A stretch of 64,000 nt of DNA. It comes from Macrostomum lignano. Lineage: Eukaryota. This document shows, one piece after another, positions 58,655 through 64,000 of the stretch. The stretch lies in contig NIVC01002933.1 of assembly GCA_002269645.1 (NCBI GenBank), positions 65,575-129,574 on the forward strand. The letters are read 5' to 3'. How positions within the stretch are numbered: position 1 is the stretch's first letter; each line of letters opens with the position of its first letter. The notes under the pieces are model-generated. The model did no database searches. It saw nothing but the letters and a program-made list of their open reading frames with translations, and was not told the DNA's origin. The position numbers and the translations under genes were made by a program.

Positions 58655-61600
58655 ATGGAAGCAATTTTAGCTCAAATCGACAACCCTGAACTTAGAGCAC
58701 AATTAATAGCTCAAATCGATGCACAACGAATTGCCGATAGGGCTGAAATAGAAGCAAGAATTAGGGCAGAAAATGAGATACGTTTAGAAAGACAATTAAA
58801 TGATATTAATAACCCCCAACCACAAGGACAAAATGGAGCTGAAGTAATATATATAGATATAGATATAAATACAAATTATAAAGAATATTTTAAACAAATG
58901 AAAGATAAATTAAAGACTATATTAAACAATTATACTATAAGGCCAAATAACAAACGACAGCCAATTAAGTATAAAATAGAAGTTGAAACAGAATTTAAAA
59001 ACCAAATATTCTTAATGCAAATTCAGAAATTGAAGTAATAAATAACTTTTCACAAGAATCATATAAAACATTATTATCAATGGGAAATTACAACAATCAA
59101 TTCGATCAAATAGAAGCTGAGTTTGATGAATGGATAGATAAGATGACAGAAAACGGATCTGGGTTTATATTTGTATCTTGTAATTCAGCAATAGTAAAGA
59201 TTGCACCTATAGAAATTCTTAAAGGACGATCACATATGAAGCTCAAATTTAAATCACCTATGATTATAAATCCAGACAATAAAGATAATAAATGTTTATT
59301 ATGGTGTTTATTAATTCATAAATATCACAATCAAGTAGAATCACACATTAATAAAATATATAATTATAGACAATATGAGGATGAAATAATAATGAAAAAC
59401 ATATCATACCCAGTAGCAATAGATGATATATATAAGATTGAAAAAATGAATGGTTTAAATATTAATGTTTTTACAATTGAAGAACCAGAAGATCTAGAAG
59501 AAATTCAGCAGGTCGATCCAGAATGGTATAAGAAAAGGTGTTATCTTGTTAAGCCAGCAACTGATATAACAGCACCAGATCAAATCGATCTTTTGTACAT
59601 GCAGCGCGAAAATGAAACACATTATATATACATAAAAGATATTAGTTCTTTTTTAAGAGAAAATAGAAATAGATATCCACTATGTAGAAATTGTTTTACA
59701 TTTAAAAAGGATGAAACAGCTCTTAAAAACCACCAACGATTTTGTTTAGATCACAAATTTACTAATGCTATAATGCCAGCATCTTCAGATGCAACCCTAA
59801 AGTTCCAACAACATTATATGGCAGTTAAAAAACCAATAGTAATATATGCTGATTTTGAAGCAACAAATGTTCCCTTAAAAGAATCACAGACGGCATCTGA
59901 TGACGGTCATGCAAAGCATGCGACCCTACGGGACGGTGAATGCACAAAAAAATTAGCACAACAGTTTCCTAATAGTTATTGTTTATATGTACACTCCGTA
60001 GCTGATCATATATTTAAATCAAGGATGATTACTTACCACGGTAATGATGCAGCTAAGCACATGGCAGAATCATTAGTAAATGTATTTGAATATATTCAAA
60101 ATCAATATGATAAATTATCAAAAAATATTAATATGACAAATAAGGATAGAGACAATTATAAAAATGCAACAAATTGTTTTATGTGCAAAAGATATTTAAG
60201 TAAGAAAAATAAGATACGAGAACATTGTCATCTAACGGGAAAATATCGAGGGGCAGCATGTAGATCATGTAATGCAAAAGAAGGAAAAGGATGTAAGGAA
60301 ATACCAGTATTTTTTCATAATGGTTCCGGATATGATTTTCATTTCTTAGTTCGAGAATTGCTTCATTTAGGAAAGGATGAATATGAAATAAATATATTAC
60401 CTAAAACATCAGAAAATTACATATCAATAACATATGGTAAGAAATACTCCCATCTAGTTTTTCTAGATTCCTTGAGATTCTTATCAACATCTTTAGCAAA
60501 TGTTGTTTCATCATTAGTTCCAAAACCATGGGATTTAGAAATAGTAAAGAAAAACTTTCCAATACTATTGAATCGTTTCAAAAAGGAAAAACTATCCGAG
60601 GAAGAACTAATGCTATTAACTCGTAAGGGCATCTACCCATATGAATATGTAACATCTGAAGACGTATTTTTTCATACCGAATTACCCCCAATTGAAAAGT
60701 TTTATTCAACATTATCACAAACAAACATAAGTGAATCGGATTATGAACACGCTCAAAAAGTATGGAAATACTTTAATTGTAAAACATTTAAAGATTATCA
60801 TAATCTATATCTTAAAGCAGATGTTCTCCTATTAGCTGATGCATTTGAAAACTTTAGGAATCATACATATGAGAATTTTAAAATTGATCCCGCATATTGT
60901 TTCAGTGCACCGGGATTAACATGGGCTTGTGGTTTGAAACATACAGATGTTAAGATTGATTTACTAACTGATCATGATATGTTGTTAATGATTGAGAGAG
61001 GAATTCGCGGTGGATTCTCGGGTGTACTAGGAGATAGATATACTAAAGTAAATAATAAATATCTACCAAATTATAATAAAAAAGAAAAATCATCATATGT
61101 ATTATATCTAGATGCAAACAATTTATACGGTGGTTGTATGAAACAAAAATTACCAATAGCTGATTTCCAATGGGAAGATGACCCCGATTATTACAAAAAT
61201 ATTCCCGAAGGAAGGGGCTGTATTGTAGAGGTGGATTTGCAATATACTCGGGAAGCAAAAGCAAAAACATATAAATATCCTTTAGCTCCAGAGCATTGTT
61301 CAGTTAATGAAGATGATTTATCACAAACACAAAAAGATTATCTTAAAGTAGATAATGCAAAACATCTAGCAACAAAAAAATTAATATTAAATTTACATGA
61401 TAAGAAAAACTATGTAGTGCATTATAAGCTTCTACAATTTTATGAAAAGCAGGGATTAAAAGTGTCTAAAGTACATCGAACAATATCGTTTATTGAGGAA
61501 GATTGGTTAGCTAAATATATTGACTTTAATTCAAATCAGAGACAGATGTCAAAAACAAATTTTGAGAAAGATTATTGGAAATTAATGAATAATGCTTTTT

Positions 61601-62638
61601 ATGGAAAAACGGTTGAAAATATTAGAGATAGAACCCAATTCCATTTAGAAAAGGATATTGATAAAGCAAAGAAATATTTCTCAAAACCTAACTTTAAAGA
61701 CTTTATAAAATTTGATGATAACTTTATGGGTATTCATATGAGAAATAAAACAACAAAATTTCTTAAACCAATATTTATTGGAATGGTTGTTTTAGATTAT
61801 GCAAAGCTGGTAATGTATGAATATTATTATGATGTTATAAATAAAACATGGCCAGATAACTATCCAATATATGCAGACACCGACAGTTTGGTATTTAAGG
61901 TTGAAACAGATGATCGGACGGAGTCCATGAACCAAAGGTTCGATGTCTATAAAGATATGGAAAAAATTAAGGATACATTGGACACATCAGACTATCCGGA
62001 TAACCATCCTTTAAAATCAGATCAAAATAAAAAAGTTGTACTTAAAATGAAAGATGAATTAAATAGCAAAATCATAACCGAGTTTATAGCAATAAGATCA
62101 AAATGCTATGCATTTAAGGTTTTAGGACAGGAGGGAGAGGTAAAAAAAATAAAAGGGGTATCAAGAGCAGCAGTAAAAAAGATAACATTTGATGATTATA
62201 AAAACGTACTTTTATTACCTTAATACAATTGAAAATTATTATGCTCCACAATATCGATTAAATTCAGATAAGCATCAGATGTTTGTCATCGAGACAGATA
62301 AAAAAACATTAAGTCCATTTGATGATAAAAGATATTTAGATGATAAAATTAAAACATATCCATTTGGTTTAAAAGAAGAGATAAAAAATATGATAAAAGA
62401 TAAAAAACAAAAAGAAGATATAATAAGTAAATATAATGAATACAAAGCGGCAATAAATAATTATTATTACGATTGTGATTGTGAATCCGAATGTGATTGT
62501 GAATATAATACATTTCTAGAATATGAAAAAGATATAGATAATTATTATTCAACATTTCCAAAAGAACTTAAAAAATTAAATAAGGAAAAAGTCTTGAATA
62601 ACTGGAAGAGATTAACAGAAAAATTACTTATCGGATAA
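58655..62638 (+). CDS. polB: Protein-primed family B DNA polymerase (pPolB), with two homopolymer frameshifts
   Basis: Main ORF 59080-62223 has YADFE (ExoI), FFHNGSGYDFHF (ExoII), HCHLTGKYRGAAC..CN, YLDANNLYG (A), KLMNNAFYGK (B) and YADTDS (C). The N-terminus joins via the A5 run at 58997-59001. The C-terminus (LSPFDDKRY...TYPFG) joins via the T-run near 62210. Confidence 0.95.
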
Positions 62639-63003
62639 AATCCGCGACCCTTCGGGCGGAAAAAAACTAAAGCATGTAATTGTTTAAGCATAATATCCAT
62701 TTCGATTTCATATAATATTGAAGGCCAATTTTCCTCGCAGTCATCAGGGTAACTTAAACAATCCTTTATTTTTTTCCTAAGTTTTTTTATTTTTCTAACC
62801 AATCTATCTATTTCAATTTCAATTACTATTTCAGCATAAACAATATCTTGTCTTAAAAAACGTTTTCTTTTATCTATCTCATATCGGATGGGAAACATAT
62901 CGTCCCCATACTCATGATATTTCTGAGATATAATTATATTTATTTTTTTATTAATATCATTAAGTTCACGCTCTTTAGTGATAAGGATTTTTATCGTATC
63001 CAT
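62545..63003 (-). CDS. Polinton hypothetical protein, helical and charged
   Basis: Open ORF convergent on polB, with an ATAAGAAAATG start context. No recognised motif. Confidence 0.5.
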   Translation of the reverse strand: MDTIKILITKERELNDINKKINIIISQKYHEYGDDMFPIRYEIDKRKRFLRQDIVYAEIVIEIEIDRLVRKIKKLRKKIKDCLSYPDDCEENWPSILYEIEMDIMLKQLHALVFFRPKGRGFYPISNFSVNLFQLFKTFSLFNFLSSFGNVE

Positions 63004-63377
63004 TTTCTTATAAAAAAATTTAGTCTTCGTCGTCATCCTCCCAAACAGCCGCCAATTTTACAGTCCTATCACTCTTTTTATTATTTGTTTGTTTTAGTTT
63101 AAATTGCAATCCACCCTCGTTGCAGTATTTCATAACAAACGCTTTAGGTTTATTAATAACTAAAACAGGAAAATTTTTAACATCATCTCCGCTTAGACAT
63201 AAAATTTTTGCCCATCTAATTGTAAAAATATTGATTGAAGCCCAATAAATTTAACCTGTCTCAAACATACAATATTATATTCTTTATTCTCCAACATATT
63301 GGGTGTGAGATAATTAATCACATTAGAATCGGTTTTGAACCAGCTCTCCATTTTTAATCTAAAAAAATAACAAAAAA

Positions 63378-63578
63378 ATGAAAGACATTTATGTTTGTAA
63401 TAAATGTAATGTGACTATGCACAGAGGGCAAACAGCAAACGGAGATATATATCATATGTGTTATTCATGTTCTAAAATATATCAATTTGAAAAAACAAAA
63501 AAGATTGAAAACTCATATTACTATTTTAAAAACACAATTTTAAGAAATCTTACAAGAGACATTCTGATCCAATTTTAA
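63378..63578 (+). CDS. Small Polinton zinc-ribbon-like protein
   Basis: CNKC-x14-CYSC, with an A-rich start context like the other element genes. Confidence 0.45.
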   Translation: MKDIYVCNKCNVTMHRGQTANGDIYHMCYSCSKIYQFEKTKKIENSYYYFKNTILRNLTRDILIQF

Positions 63579-64000
63579 TTCCCGGAAATAATGTTTATTT
63601 ATATAATAACTTTTTCCATTTAAATAAAGGAAAGGGATTAAGTTCGAAAGACTCCGAAAGGATTTTAATTTTAGTTGGATATTATTTCAATTTTCTTATT
63701 CGAGAGAATACAAAGTTTATAAGGATAGGTAACATACCTAACGAAATGTTATTGAAAAAGTCATTGGAATTTTTATGTATTGATAAAAAATTTAAACCTA
63801 GGATCAGAAGAGAGTTACCACTTTGGGAAGAATATATAACATATGCATTAAATAAATTAAACAACATTAAGTTCTACAGCACTTCCTGACGCGCGGCTTT
63901 GTGCCCCAGTAGCAATAGTTTCAGGTTCGTAAATGCCTAATGTTTCTATCGGTGGAGCTTTGGGTTTATCGAGTCTCAACTCTTTTAATTCCATATCGGT

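Larger units (their letters stand above)
56487..64000 (+). mobile_element. Polinton/Maverick (adintovirus-like) endogenous element, left part
   Basis: AGTAGT terminus, sharp shift to AT-rich intronless ORFs, pPolB and pX-like core proteins. Confidence 0.9.

Noticed and set aside
57960-59005. Programmed -1 ribosomal frameshifting at the G5 and A5 runs
   Set aside because: Neither site forms a canonical X XXY YYZ heptamer in the zero frame. A homopolymer indel is simpler.

Overview
Eukaryotic (invertebrate) genomic DNA with GC-rich exons, short GT-AG introns and many simple repeats. A free-living flatworm such as Macrostomum is only my guess from sequence style. Bases 1-50000 hold an innate-immunity-like cluster built around nine near-identical copies of one TRAF-type exon (RING plus TRAF zinc fingers), in both orientations. 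None is followed by a MATH/TRAF-C domain. Instead the exon is joined to different C-terminal modules: a coiled-coil exon (five copies), a divergent coiled-coil exon (one copy), or the exons of two divergent WD40-repeat genes. Copy 4 can be spliced in frame to a fully open four-exon WD40 module, giving a TRAF7-like RING-ZnF-WD40 chimera of about 708 aa. Interspersed are a secreted PAN-like plus ALK/LTK glycine-rich gene, two single-ORF genes with candidate MVL-type lectin repeats, a single-ORF DEG/ENaC channel, and many transposon relics (hAT MITE with an empty paralogous site, a Ginger-like long-TIR element, mariner, LINE and SINE fragments). From 56487 to the window end is an AT-rich Polinton/Maverick (adintovirus-like) element with protein-primed PolB and pX-like core proteins. 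It is inserted into a piggyBac transposase and begins with an unusual terminal fold-back. All family assignments come from motif recognition by eye; no database search was run.
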